Shown here: positions 10,166 through 19,596 of the stretch, one piece after another
Position numbering within the stretch: the stretch's first letter is position 1
Layout: every line of letters starts with the position of its first letter
Assembly: GCA_040830765.1 (NCBI GenBank)
Contig: JBFOMH010000013.1
Location: forward strand, 128,001 to 192,000
Reading direction: 5' to 3'
DNA from: Puniceicoccaceae bacterium
GTDB lineage: Bacteria > Verrucomicrobiota > Verrucomicrobiia > Opitutales > Oceanipulchritudinaceae
DNA length: 64,000 bases
Program-made: the position numbers and the translations under genes
The notes under the pieces: model-generated
The model's database searches: none
Told to the model about the DNA's origin: nothing
Seen by the model: the letters and a program-made list of their open reading frames with translations, nothing else

Positions 10166-10743
10166 TTTGTGTTTCCGGTTAGACGGTTGAATAATTTTAC
10201 CTTGCCCCGGTAAAGGCGGGACATGACCGTCCCAACTGGGAGGTCAAGGATACGGGCAATCTCCTTGTAGGGGATGGATTCGAGGTAAAAGAGAGACAGG
10301 GGAGCACGAAGATCATCTTCCAGTTCATGCAGGGCTGCGAGGGCCGTCTTGGCATCCAGTTTCCTCGAGGGATTGGTCACGATCGGATCCGATCCCACCG
10401 CTTCCTCATCAATGGGAACACTGGGAAAGCGGATGACTTTACGCCGCTGATCAATAAATTTCCGGTAGACGACTGCATTGAGCCAGGACTTTACCTTGGC
10501 CGGATCACGGACTTCCCGGTGCTTCCTGGTCAGTTGTTCGTAGGCGAATTGGGTCAGGTCCGCCGCATCGTCCTGGTTTCGACAAAGGTGCATGGCGAAG
10601 CGGAAGATGTCCTTGTAATGATCGCGGACGGCTTCCTCGAGGTCGACAACTGGCTCGCCGGTTCCCATACCGAATGACCTATGGGAGTCCTCGCCGGAGG
10701 TAAAGGTTATCCGTTCAGGGTTACTTTTGATTGCAGCCTCCAT
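10162..10743 (-). CDS. ECF RNA polymerase sigma factor
   Basis: Region 2: DAADLTQ..VKSWL. Region 4: YKEIARILDLPVGTVMSRLYRGK. Confidence 0.92.
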   Translation of the reverse strand: MEAAIKSNPERITFTSGEDSHRSFGMGTGEPVVDLEEAVRDHYKDIFRFAMHLCRNQDDAADLTQFAYEQLTRKHREVRDPAKVKSWLNAVVYRKFIDQRRKVIRFPSVPIDEEAVGSDPIVTNPSRKLDAKTALAALHELEDDLRAPLSLFYLESIPYKEIARILDLPVGTVMSRLYRGKVKLFNRLTGNTK

Positions 10744-10763
10744 AGGGGATAAGAAAGGGTCGA

Positions 10764-10788
10764 CAGGCCCGCCGGATTGGCGGGCCTG
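10764..10788 (-). terminator. GC-rich hairpin (weak terminator) between the secreted-protein gene and the ECF gene
   Basis: CAGGCCCGCC-GGATT-GGCGGGCCTG, 10-bp stem, followed by only an interrupted T tract on the minus strand. Confidence 0.55.
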
Positions 10789-10832
10789 CCGAAGTTAGAG
10801 TGACGTGTGGACAAGAGAACGCATGTCAGCCT

Positions 10833-11291
10833 TTAACGGCCGGACTTCACCAGCGGGCAGGAGAAGTAGAAGTTGGCCGGCATGATTTCCAGATGACCGA
10901 TTTCTGCATGATGGAGAACCATTTCCGCGGAGGTCAGCTCGAAGTTGACGATGCCGTCACCATCCGGATCGTGGGCCATCTTGCCAACCTCGGTGAAGAC
11001 GACGATCTGCACCGACCAGCGACCGCCATTGTAATGCTGGTCCCCAGGAGCGGCATCGGAAACCGGGCGTTGGCCTTCGAGACCACTCATCATGAAGTTG
11101 TAGAGGTAGTCAACGGAATGCGCGGGTGCATTCTTGAAACTGTTGGTCGTCAGGACTGTGGAGTAGATTTCACCGTTGGCCCAGATGACATCATCAACCA
11201 AGGTGGCGGCCTTTTCGCTTCGGGCATTGAGCGAGGCAACAGCAAAGGCAGAGATGAGCAGGAGAAAGAACTTTTTCGTTAGATTATTCAT
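10833..11291 (-). CDS. Small secreted protein of unknown function
   Basis: ATG 11291, MNNLTKKFFLLLISAFAVASLNA signal peptide; GQRPVSDAAPGDQHYNGGRW and C-terminal F.CPL. Confidence 0.75.
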   Translation of the reverse strand: MNNLTKKFFLLLISAFAVASLNARSEKAATLVDDVIWANGEIYSTVLTTNSFKNAPAHSVDYLYNFMMSGLEGQRPVSDAAPGDQHYNGGRWSVQIVVFTEVGKMAHDPDGDGIVNFELTSAEMVLHHAEIGHLEIMPANFYFSCPLVKSGR

Positions 11292-11373
11292 GGTTAGAAC
11301 TATAGGTCGTTGAAATGAACCGGTGGGCTGTTGGGCCCAGACGGGCAGGAACGGAAGTGTTCCATACCTCAAG

Positions 11374-11398
11374 GACGAACCAAGGTTGGGTTTATTCA
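11374..11398 (-). promoter_or_regulatory. Candidate ECF-type promoter (TGAATA-N15-CGTC)
   Basis: The minus strand reads TTTTTTTT..GTGAATAAACCCAACCTTGGTTCGTCC, about 80 nt upstream of ATG 11291. Confidence 0.45.
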
Positions 11399-11540
11399 CG
11401 AACGCCCAAAAAAAATTTCTTCCTGTCAATTCACTGTAAAAGAATTGGGAGGGGTCGAATTGAAGGTGCAGGGACGTCACGGAAGGCTTAACAGGTGAAG
11501 ATATCAACCATTGCACCGTAACCCAATAACCTATCGCGCC

Positions 11541-12386
11541 ATGAAACGACACATAGCACAACTGTCGGCCGTCCTTGGCGTCGGCCTCACCATCGTCCTT
11601 CCCCTCAAGGCAAGCCCGTACACCTACACCTTCACGGATTCCAGTATCCAGGAAGGAGACATGGCTTCGGTTTTTATCGGGGACATCATCAGCGGAACCG
11701 TGGAATTCTACCCGGCCACCGGAAATTACACCGTAACCTGGAAAGCCAACCCACAGGCTCTCTTCATGCCCCCAATGCAGTTCATCCTCAACCTGGGCAA
11801 TGTCAGCGTTGGAGACGTGGTTTCGCTATCCATGGATTACAACGGCAGTGAACTGATCGAGAGTTTCAGTTACTCCGGAAATGAGCCGGCCCTGATGGAC
11901 TGGATGCCCGGAGATATTCTTGTCACGAGCGGAAGTGTCGAGGAATTCGGCGTGTCCTTTGAATCAGGCATCTACTCCCTGTTCACCAACCTTCCACCGG
12001 GATTTGGTATCGATCTCCTTACCCATTCCGGTGTTCTCGAAGGAGAAATTGTTCCTGATGAGCCGATACTCCTCGATTCGGATGGGGATGGCCTGATGGA
12101 TGATGTCGATCCCTACCCGCTCTCTGACATGAGCCCGACTGTCGTCCTTCTTGGTGTCGATACGGGGGTCCCCAACATGATTCCCGGGGTTCCGGTGGAG
12201 GAATCCGGCACCACCCTCGCAGACGTGGTCCTTGATTTGGAACAGTCGGCAGCCAGCTCGACGGACAATCATGGCCAGTATGTGAAGGAACTGGGCCAGG
12301 CCTTCAAACTTCTCGAAAGGGATGGCTGGATCAATGGCCGTCAAAGGGCGGGACTGCTCCGCGTTATCGCCCAATCGGTCAACTGA
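11541..12386 (+). CDS. Secreted hypothetical protein with a DxDGDG Ca-binding motif and a helical C-terminal domain
   Basis: Signal peptide (..LPLKA), beta-rich N domain, DSDGDGLMDDVD, then DTGVPN..NHGQYV..G.I.G. Confidence 0.75.
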   Translation: MKRHIAQLSAVLGVGLTIVLPLKASPYTYTFTDSSIQEGDMASVFIGDIISGTVEFYPATGNYTVTWKANPQALFMPPMQFILNLGNVSVGDVVSLSMDYNGSELIESFSYSGNEPALMDWMPGDILVTSGSVEEFGVSFESGIYSLFTNLPPGFGIDLLTHSGVLEGEIVPDEPILLDSDGDGLMDDVDPYPLSDMSPTVVLLGVDTGVPNMIPGVPVEESGTTLADVVLDLEQSAASSTDNHGQYVKELGQAFKLLERDGWINGRQRAGLLRVIAQSVN

Positions 12387-12412
12387 ACTGGCCGCCTTTC
12401 GGTAAGGTACAG

Positions 12413-12446
12413 CCTCCACGCCCTCCCCCCAACGAGGGCGTGGAGG
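12413..12446 (+). terminator. Intrinsic terminator
   Basis: 13-bp stem CCTCCACGCCCTC / GAGGGCGTGGAGG followed by TCTTCCTT. Confidence 0.65.
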
Positions 12447-12563
12447 TCTTCCTTACTTATCCCAGGTTCGGGGTAAATGGGAGATGCAAACGCGGTCTTG
12501 CAAATGGACAGCTTGCATATATCTTAGGAAAACTACTTCCCTCACACTCCCCCTACCCCTTTC

Positions 12564-13574
12564 ATGAAAAGCCGTTCGGAACCCCTTGAAACGATCCCTG
12601 GTCCCTTTCTGGGCAAACCGGTCAACTTCGAGGAGCGTGCGGAAATGCGAACGGCCATTGAGGAGACCTTGCGCCTTATCCGGCGCGGCCAGATGCCCTT
12701 GAAGATTCCCCGGATCAAGGGCCGGATGCAACGTCACCCGGGAATGCATTACCACTTCAAGCCGGAGTTCTTTCTCCAGACTCGTGGCACTACGGAGTTT
12801 GAGATGCCAAGGGAACGTATCCTCGTTAAGCCTGGAGAGATGTGCATCATGCCAGCCGGCATTCCGCATCGGGAGCAGGTTGAAAGCGAGCCTCAGGCTC
12901 CTTTTCGCAATCTGGTCTGCGGTTTCTACAGCAAGACCCTGAGCTTGCACTGGGCCTTTGAAATTGAGCCCGGCAAGCCGGAGATTGAGGCGATTGAGTT
13001 TTTCGACACCCCCAACCTGGAGATCTTCACCTCGATGATGGGGCAAATTGTCTCCACCTTTCATGCCAAGTCCCCCGCCCGGGATCATATCCTGCACGGT
13101 CTAGTGACCGCCTTCCTCGGCATGTGCCTCAATCTCATCGAGGCTGGCAGCGCCAACCTCAACAAGGACATCGAGAAAATCTTCCAGACCAAGTGGCTTG
13201 TCCGCGAACAGATCTCCAACCCGAAATTAAACGTCAAGAACGTGGCCGAGAAACTGCGCTGTTCGCCGGACTACCTCTCCCACCTGTTCCACAAACAGAC
13301 GGGTGAAAAACTCATCCACTATATCCAGCGGATCCGTATCGAGGCAGCCATGCTGGCCTTGAAATCAACCCAGTTGTATATTTCCGAGATTGCATTTTCC
13401 AGTGGCTTCCAGGACCCGGCCTACTTTACGCGCGTCTTCAAGAAGTTTACCGGCGAGTCACCACAGGAATTCCGCTCGCGCATGGAGACGGAACGGAGCA
13501 AGGAAGAGTCGATGCCGAAGACCATCTACTACGACCGCGAGGATTATTCCCACGGGACACCAGCGGGCGCATGA
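12564..13574 (+). CDS. AraC family transcriptional regulator
   Basis: Cupin-like N domain (MHYHFKPE, PAGIPHRE); C-terminal ISEIAFSSGFQDPAYFTRVFKKFTGESPQEFR. Confidence 0.92.
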   Translation: MKSRSEPLETIPGPFLGKPVNFEERAEMRTAIEETLRLIRRGQMPLKIPRIKGRMQRHPGMHYHFKPEFFLQTRGTTEFEMPRERILVKPGEMCIMPAGIPHREQVESEPQAPFRNLVCGFYSKTLSLHWAFEIEPGKPEIEAIEFFDTPNLEIFTSMMGQIVSTFHAKSPARDHILHGLVTAFLGMCLNLIEAGSANLNKDIEKIFQTKWLVREQISNPKLNVKNVAEKLRCSPDYLSHLFHKQTGEKLIHYIQRIRIEAAMLALKSTQLYISEIAFSSGFQDPAYFTRVFKKFTGESPQEFRSRMETERSKEESMPKTIYYDREDYSHGTPAGA

Positions 13575-13598
13575 TCCCTCTTATTAAGAGCGATTGCC

Positions 13599-14912
13599 TC
13601 AGCCCTCCCCTTCAGAGCCTTTTTCATCGACCAGGCGCAACGTGACAGCCGCGACAAGAAGGGCAGCGCCTCCAAGCAGGACGGCGTTCATGGCATTGTT
13701 GTTGAGGAAATTGCTGAGAATCCATCCCAGGCCAACCGAGGCGAAGATCTGGGGAAGGACGATGAAGAAATTAAAGACCCCCATGTAGAATCCCATCTTT
13801 TCTCCCGGAATACCATTTGAGAGCATGGCATAGGGCATGGCCAGTATGCTGGCCCAAGCGATGCCGATGCCGATCATGGAGACGATCAGCAACAAAGGAT
13901 TCTCGATGAAGCCAACCGAGACCATGCCAATGCCTCCGATAGCCAGACAAACCGTGTGGATGGCCTTGGCCGAAAAGCGCCTCACCAGCATGAGCAGGAA
14001 AAAGGAGAAAAAGAAGGCGACAAAGTTGTAGATGGAGAAACAAACACCGGCCCACTCGGCCCCGGAACGGTAGGCAGCAGAGGTAGGGTCGGCATCATAA
14101 AGGCTGGAAGCCACGGCGGGGACGAAATTTATCCAGAGGCAGAAAAGGGCAAACCAGGTGAAGAACTGGGGAATGGCCAATTGGCGCATCAATTTCGGCA
14201 TGCTGAGGATACCTTCGAAGATCTCCTTGAAGGCATGCAACGGGCCAGCACCTTCGGCTTTCATTTTTCGGAAGGCTTCCATGTCCTCTGGCGGATATTC
14301 CCGGGTCCGTAAAACGGTATAGAGAACGGCACCGAAGAATATGAAGGAACCGGCATAAAAGGCGATATGTACCGTCAAGGGAATGGGAGAATCCCCGGTC
14401 GGCTCATTGCTCATGCCGAATAGATTGGTCAGGATCCATGGCAAGGCCGAGGAAAGGACAGCCCCGAGACCAATGAGCAGGCTCTGCATAGCAAAGCCGA
14501 ACTTGCGCTGTTTCGGCGGAAGCATGTCACCGACAAAGGCCCGGAATGGTTCCATGGAAATATTAACCGAGGCATCCAGAATCCAAAGCAGCCCGGCGGC
14601 CATCCACAAAGTGGAGGAATTTGGCATGGCGATGAGGGCCAGGCTGGCGAGAATGGCCCCGACGAGGAAATATGGACGCCGCCGGCCGAGGCGGTTCCAG
14701 GTCCGATCACTATAGTAGCCGACAATAGGCTGGACAATGAGACCGGTCAGTGGTGCCGCCAGCCAGAGTAGCGGAATATCCTCCGGAGTGGCCCCAAGGT
14801 ACTGGTAGATGGCACTCATGTTGGCCATTTGCAGACCCCAGCCAAACTGGATTCCGAAGAATCCAAAGCTCATGTTCCAGATTTGCCAAAAGGATAGTTC
14901 AGGACGCTTCAT
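13599..14912 (-). CDS. MFS sugar transporter (maltose/GPH-SLC45-like)
   Basis: LSFWQIWNMSFGFFGIQFG, SDRTW.RLGRRRPY, LDASVNISMEPFRA, MGFYMGVFNFFIVLPQI. Confidence 0.9.
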   Translation of the reverse strand: MKRPELSFWQIWNMSFGFFGIQFGWGLQMANMSAIYQYLGATPEDIPLLWLAAPLTGLIVQPIVGYYSDRTWNRLGRRRPYFLVGAILASLALIAMPNSSTLWMAAGLLWILDASVNISMEPFRAFVGDMLPPKQRKFGFAMQSLLIGLGAVLSSALPWILTNLFGMSNEPTGDSPIPLTVHIAFYAGSFIFFGAVLYTVLRTREYPPEDMEAFRKMKAEGAGPLHAFKEIFEGILSMPKLMRQLAIPQFFTWFALFCLWINFVPAVASSLYDADPTSAAYRSGAEWAGVCFSIYNFVAFFFSFFLLMLVRRFSAKAIHTVCLAIGGIGMVSVGFIENPLLLIVSMIGIGIAWASILAMPYAMLSNGIPGEKMGFYMGVFNFFIVLPQIFASVGLGWILSNFLNNNAMNAVLLGGAALLVAAVTLRLVDEKGSEGEG

Positions 14913-14934
14913 TGTTTAGAGGTGTAGTGAGGAT

Positions 14935-16521
14935 TTAATGACTTTCGGATAGCGAGCCGGTCGGCGGTGCACTGTACTCCCGCTGCAGGGTGTCGCCTGT
15001 CCGATCGTAAAGCTGGTGCAACCGCTTTAATTCAGTAACGGTTCCATTCAACAAAAGGTCGAGCTGCTTCTCGGTGAACCGCCAGGTCCAGTTACCCCCG
15101 GTCGTCCCCGGAATATTGAACCGGGCCTCGTTGCCGAGATCGAGCAGGTCCTGCACGGGAAAGATGGCCAGCCGTGAAACGGAGGCAAAACCCGCCTCAA
15201 TAAGGGGCCAGGCAGAATTGTCTCCAGCCTTGAGCCGGAAGTAGGCCCGCACGTTTTTCTCCTGGGTCCCGTTGAGTGACGAGAGCCAACCACGGGTTGT
15301 CTCGTTGTCATGGGTGCCGGTGTAGACAACGGAATTGCGGGCATAAAAATGAGGCAGGTTGACGTTGTTCTCGTCATGCCCAAAGGCAAACTGGAGAATC
15401 TTCATGCCGGGAAAACCGGCCGCCTGTCGCAGTTTGACCACGCCTTCAGTGATGTAGCCGAGGTCCTCGGCGATGATGGGTACGGCCGGAAGCTTTTCCG
15501 CCATCGCCTTGAAGAAGGCGGACCCGGGCCCCTCGCACATCCGTCCCTTGCGGGTGTCGGTGGTCCAGGCAGGAATTTCCCAATAGGAATCAAATGCCCG
15601 GAAGTGATCCAGACGGAGAATGTCGCAACATTCAAAGGCGAATCCGAGTCGTTTGGCCCACCACTCGTAGCCCGTGGATGCGAGGTACTCCCAATCATAG
15701 AGCGGATTACCCCAGAACTGCCCCTCCTCGGAAAAGTAATCAGGCGGAACGCCAGCCACGGCAATCGGATTGCCTTCGGGATCCAGGCGGAAAACTTCCC
15801 GGAATTGCCAGGTATCGGCACTGTCCATGGAGACAAAGATGGGCAGATCGCCAATGATGCGAACTCCCTTGTCACGGGCATAATTGCGCAGCTTGTTCCA
15901 CTGGTGAAAGAAAACAAATTGGTAAAAGCGATGGGAATTGGCCAACTCCTTCACTTCAGGGGGAAGCTTCGATGAATCGAGCTTGGAATAATCCCGGTAG
16001 ATGGGCTCCCATTCACTCCAGGGTCTCCCCCCGTGATGAGCCTTGAGGGCCATGAAGGTTACATAACCTTCAAGCCAATGGGCATGGGTTTTACAGAATC
16101 GGGAATAGGATTGCCCCTGATAAGTATCGTCACCAAGCGCGGCAAAGCGCTGGTGGGCGGTTTCCAGAATGGGCCAGAATTCCGTGTAGAGGCGTCCGAA
16201 ATCAACCGCACCCTGGGGGAGTTCACGCAAGGGTTGCAGTTCCTCCAACTCCAGAAGTCCTGCTTCACAAAGTTCTTCAAGGTCTATGAAGTAAGCATTG
16301 CCGGCAAAGCTGGAAAAACTCTGGTAGGGGGAATCGCCAAAGCCCGTTGGGCCAATGGGGCAGATTTGCCAGTGCTGGAAGCCTGCCTCTGCGAGAAAGT
16401 CGATAAACTGGCTGGCAGAAGTTCCCAGGTTGCCAATCCCATAAGCACCTGGAAGGGAAGAGATGTGCGCCAGTATACCGGAAGAGCGATAATTGAGCCA
16501 GTTGCTGTCGGAAGCAGTCAC
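14935..16521 (-). CDS. malQ: 4-alpha-glucanotransferase (amylomaltase, GH77)
   Basis: GILAHISSLP, SPYQSFSSFAGN, AGVPPDYFSEEGQFWGNPLY, RLDHFR, AEDLG, YTGTHDN. Confidence 0.95.
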   Translation of the reverse strand: MTASDSNWLNYRSSGILAHISSLPGAYGIGNLGTSASQFIDFLAEAGFQHWQICPIGPTGFGDSPYQSFSSFAGNAYFIDLEELCEAGLLELEELQPLRELPQGAVDFGRLYTEFWPILETAHQRFAALGDDTYQGQSYSRFCKTHAHWLEGYVTFMALKAHHGGRPWSEWEPIYRDYSKLDSSKLPPEVKELANSHRFYQFVFFHQWNKLRNYARDKGVRIIGDLPIFVSMDSADTWQFREVFRLDPEGNPIAVAGVPPDYFSEEGQFWGNPLYDWEYLASTGYEWWAKRLGFAFECCDILRLDHFRAFDSYWEIPAWTTDTRKGRMCEGPGSAFFKAMAEKLPAVPIIAEDLGYITEGVVKLRQAAGFPGMKILQFAFGHDENNVNLPHFYARNSVVYTGTHDNETTRGWLSSLNGTQEKNVRAYFRLKAGDNSAWPLIEAGFASVSRLAIFPVQDLLDLGNEARFNIPGTTGGNWTWRFTEKQLDLLLNGTVTELKRLHQLYDRTGDTLQREYSAPPTGSLSESH

Positions 16522-16592
16522 GGATCAGGATGAGTTAAGGCGGAAAGGATAGAGAATTTTAAACAAATCACCGAAGCAAACCGGAGAGGGAA

Positions 16593-16620
16593 TCCCCTGG
16601 CGGGATGAACCGCCAGGGGA
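16593..16620 (-). terminator. Strong hairpin after the TonB receptor gene (terminator or mRNA stabiliser)
   Basis: TCCCCTGGCGG-GATGAA-CCGCCAGGGGA, 11-bp stem, 22 nt after the stop. Confidence 0.6.
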
Positions 16621-16642
16621 AATCCGTTTGAAGTAACAAGCC

Positions 16643-19384
16643 TTAGAACTTGTAGGAGGCGCCGATGGAGAATTGTTTTCCGTAGCGCTGGTAGTCCTTC
16701 ACGAGGCGCGAATCCTGATCACCTTCGAGGGCGAAGAGGGGCTCATCCGTGAGGTTGTAGCCCTGGAGGATGAGGGTCAGGCCTTCAAAGGCACCCGAGT
16801 GGAAGGAGTAGCTGATCTGGGCGTCAACCACGGTTTCCGCCTGCAGGTTGCGGAAAACAGCGCCCCGCGGGCCAAAGGTCGCAATGTCACCCCGGTAGTC
16901 GGAGCGGTAGCGGGTGCTGACCCGGGCGGCAAAGCCACCGCGCTCGTAGTAGAGGGTGGCATTGGCCACTTTCTCCGACAGTCCGGGGATCGGGGTGGCA
17001 GGATTGCCAAGGTCCGGCCGGATGGAGCTGTCCGTGTAGGATCCACTGAGGATCAAGCCAAGGCCGGACAGGGAATCACTGACCATTTCACCCGGAAGGG
17101 AGAGCGTAAGCTCAAGACCCTTGATGGAACCGCCTTGCCCGTTGTTCGGGATCGTGCGGTAACCTTCGTAGATGGCCGGCGTGACACCCTCGACTCCAGT
17201 CGGGTAACCGCTGAAGTCGGTGAGGATGGACTCATTGTAGGTGTAGCTGACTAGGTCCTTGTAGAAGGCAGCCAGTGCCCAGTAGCCCTTGTTGTCGGCG
17301 AAGTAGTTCTCGAATGAAACATCGAAGGAGTTTGAGCGCCATGGCTCGAGCTTCGGGTTACCCCCGTTACCGCTCCAGGGACTGTTCTGGACGTCAGTGG
17401 AGTCGGCCTTGGCTTCGTCGAAGCCATAGGTCGAACCGGCACGCATGTCGACCATCGCCTGGCGGGCCAACTGACGGGCAATGCTGAGGCGCAGGACATG
17501 CTTTTCGCTCAGCTCAAAGGCCAGGTTAACACTCGGTACCCAGTCTTCGTAATCATGGGAATCAGCAACCGGGGTAATCAGGGTACCCGTCGCCGCGAGG
17601 CCGGTGGCGTACTGATCGGTCATGATCAATTGGGTGCCGATGGATCCGGTAACCGGAATCGAGCCCAGCTTCATGTCGATGCCAAACTGGATATAGGCGG
17701 TCGTCACTTCTTCCTCAACGGTCCAGTTATTGGCCACATAGGAAGGATTGTCATTGGGAACCAGGTCATACAAACCACTTTCAAGAGCTGCTCTCGGATC
17801 AAAGGCATAAAGGTTACCCAGTCCAAGGAAGCTCAGGTCGGCAAAACCGATGTTGGGTGGTAGTGGACCTGTGGGTTGACCGCTGGCCAGACCGAGATGG
17901 AAGCCCTCCTTGCCATTCGGGCCGGCTTCAACCTCGAACTTGCCACGCTCGGTGTAAGCAAGTCCGGTCTCAAACTTGTTGAAGATCCCCCAGTCCATGT
18001 CCCGCTTGGCGAGAATCTTGTACTGATCGAGCTCGTCTTCGGTGATCGGACCCTTGAGGAAGCCAACCTGGCCACCTTCAACGGCATCGCCACCCCACCC
18101 TTGCGGGCTGGCCAGGAACATGTCGGAGGAACTGTAGCCGAGCTCACTGCTGAAGACCGCACCCGTACCAGTACCCATGTCGAGGGTGATGGTGTCCGGT
18201 GTACCAGTCTTGTTGGAGCCCCAGCCCATGTAGGTTTCAAGGACGTTGTCAGTCCGGTCAACGCGGGAGGTGCTGAGGTCGGCCTCATAGACCCAGCCGC
18301 TGCCATCACCGAAGCGCAGGTTGATACCGGCGTTCTTTACTTCGGCATCGCGCCAGACAATGTCATTACGGGCCACGCCGAAGAAGTCACCAATGGTGGC
18401 TCGGGTGATCAAGCCGTCCTCAACCGTGGAGTCGAGAATGGTCGTGCCGGTGCCCCAACCTGGGTTGATCGGCATTTCGACACCGCGGAGGATCTGGGTT
18501 TCCCCGAAGTCGGAATAGAAAAGGTCAACGATAGCCCGGAACTTGTCCGAGGGCTTGTACTCAATGACCCCCATGATGCTGTCACGCTCAAGGTTGCTGG
18601 AGCGGACGAAAGGCTTGGCACCACCGAGAAGGAGGCTGCCGTCGTCCTGTTCTGCATAGCCCCAGGCATTCCACTGCTCGCCCTGACCGGGCTGGTCGGT
18701 GTGGGCATAGCCAATGGCGATACCGAGGGTGCCGTCATTGAACTGATCGATATAGTTCATCGAATACCGCAGGCCGGTGTCGTCACCGTCCGGGTTGAGT
18801 TTGCCGAGGTCGGCCCACTCGTAGAAGGCGTTCACCGCAACCGTGCGGCGACCGTGCTCAAGGGGACGTGCGGTGCGCATGTCGATGGTTCCGGCAAGGC
18901 CCTGGCCGACAAGGTTGGCCTGGGTCGTCTTGTATACCATGACCCCGTTGAGGAGCTCGGCCGGATACTGGTCAAACTCGATGCCACGGCCGGCGTTGGT
19001 GCTGACCTGCTGGCGTCCATTGAGGAGACCCGTGCTGAAGTCACCGACGAGACCACGGATGACGATACCCTGGGCGCGGCTGTTGATCCGCTGGGTAGTC
19101 AGGCCGGGCAGGCGGGCGAGGGTTTCCGCGATACTGGTGTCCGGGAGCTTGCCGATGTCCTCGGCGGTTACTGCCTCGACGATCAGCGGGGCGCGTTTCT
19201 TGATTTCAGTCGATGCCTCGATACTTTGGGCAAAGCCGGTTGCTTCCACCTCGAAGGCTTCGAGATCAAAGACCAGGCTGTCATCTTCGGTAACAGCACC
19301 GCTGTCCTGTGCGGAAAGGGAGACGCTGACCGAAAGGATCGCCGCCAGGGCGGCAGTTCGGAGTGTTGTGTTTTTAGCCATCAT
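16643..19384 (-). CDS. TonB-dependent receptor (MalA-like maltodextrin transporter)
   Basis: Signal peptide; plug AEDIGKLPDTSIAETLARLPG; FDQYPAELL; GGNPKLEPWR; terminal YKF; lies between GH13 and malQ. Confidence 0.92.
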   Translation of the reverse strand: MMAKNTTLRTAALAAILSVSVSLSAQDSGAVTEDDSLVFDLEAFEVEATGFAQSIEASTEIKKRAPLIVEAVTAEDIGKLPDTSIAETLARLPGLTTQRINSRAQGIVIRGLVGDFSTGLLNGRQQVSTNAGRGIEFDQYPAELLNGVMVYKTTQANLVGQGLAGTIDMRTARPLEHGRRTVAVNAFYEWADLGKLNPDGDDTGLRYSMNYIDQFNDGTLGIAIGYAHTDQPGQGEQWNAWGYAEQDDGSLLLGGAKPFVRSSNLERDSIMGVIEYKPSDKFRAIVDLFYSDFGETQILRGVEMPINPGWGTGTTILDSTVEDGLITRATIGDFFGVARNDIVWRDAEVKNAGINLRFGDGSGWVYEADLSTSRVDRTDNVLETYMGWGSNKTGTPDTITLDMGTGTGAVFSSELGYSSSDMFLASPQGWGGDAVEGGQVGFLKGPITEDELDQYKILAKRDMDWGIFNKFETGLAYTERGKFEVEAGPNGKEGFHLGLASGQPTGPLPPNIGFADLSFLGLGNLYAFDPRAALESGLYDLVPNDNPSYVANNWTVEEEVTTAYIQFGIDMKLGSIPVTGSIGTQLIMTDQYATGLAATGTLITPVADSHDYEDWVPSVNLAFELSEKHVLRLSIARQLARQAMVDMRAGSTYGFDEAKADSTDVQNSPWSGNGGNPKLEPWRSNSFDVSFENYFADNKGYWALAAFYKDLVSYTYNESILTDFSGYPTGVEGVTPAIYEGYRTIPNNGQGGSIKGLELTLSLPGEMVSDSLSGLGLILSGSYTDSSIRPDLGNPATPIPGLSEKVANATLYYERGGFAARVSTRYRSDYRGDIATFGPRGAVFRNLQAETVVDAQISYSFHSGAFEGLTLILQGYNLTDEPLFALEGDQDSRLVKDYQRYGKQFSIGASYKF

Positions 19385-19540
19385 TTTTGCTTGCTTGTGG
19401 GTTAAAGGATACCCGGGATTCGGCCGGGTTTACCTGTGGGTTGAAATGAGGAGTTGAATCAGATGAACCGGAATGTGGGGCTTCCGATTGATGGAGTTAT
19501 GTAGAGCGAATCGCTGCACCGGAACGAGATGGATTCCTTC

Positions 19541-19573
19541 GATAAATCCTGACTAATCTGGACAAATCTTAGA
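19541..19573. promoter_or_regulatory. Phased 10-nt direct repeats, candidate AraC binding site upstream of the TonB receptor
   Basis: GATAAATCCT GACTAATCTG GACAAATCTT AGA; a similar copy lies at 21049-21081. Confidence 0.55.
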
Positions 19574-19596
19574 ATTTTGAAAAATTCCGTCTTTCG

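Noticed and set aside
17876..19405. 509-aa plus-strand ORF antisense to the TonB receptor
   Set aside because: A shadow ORF expected from codon bias in the real gene; no recognisable motifs.
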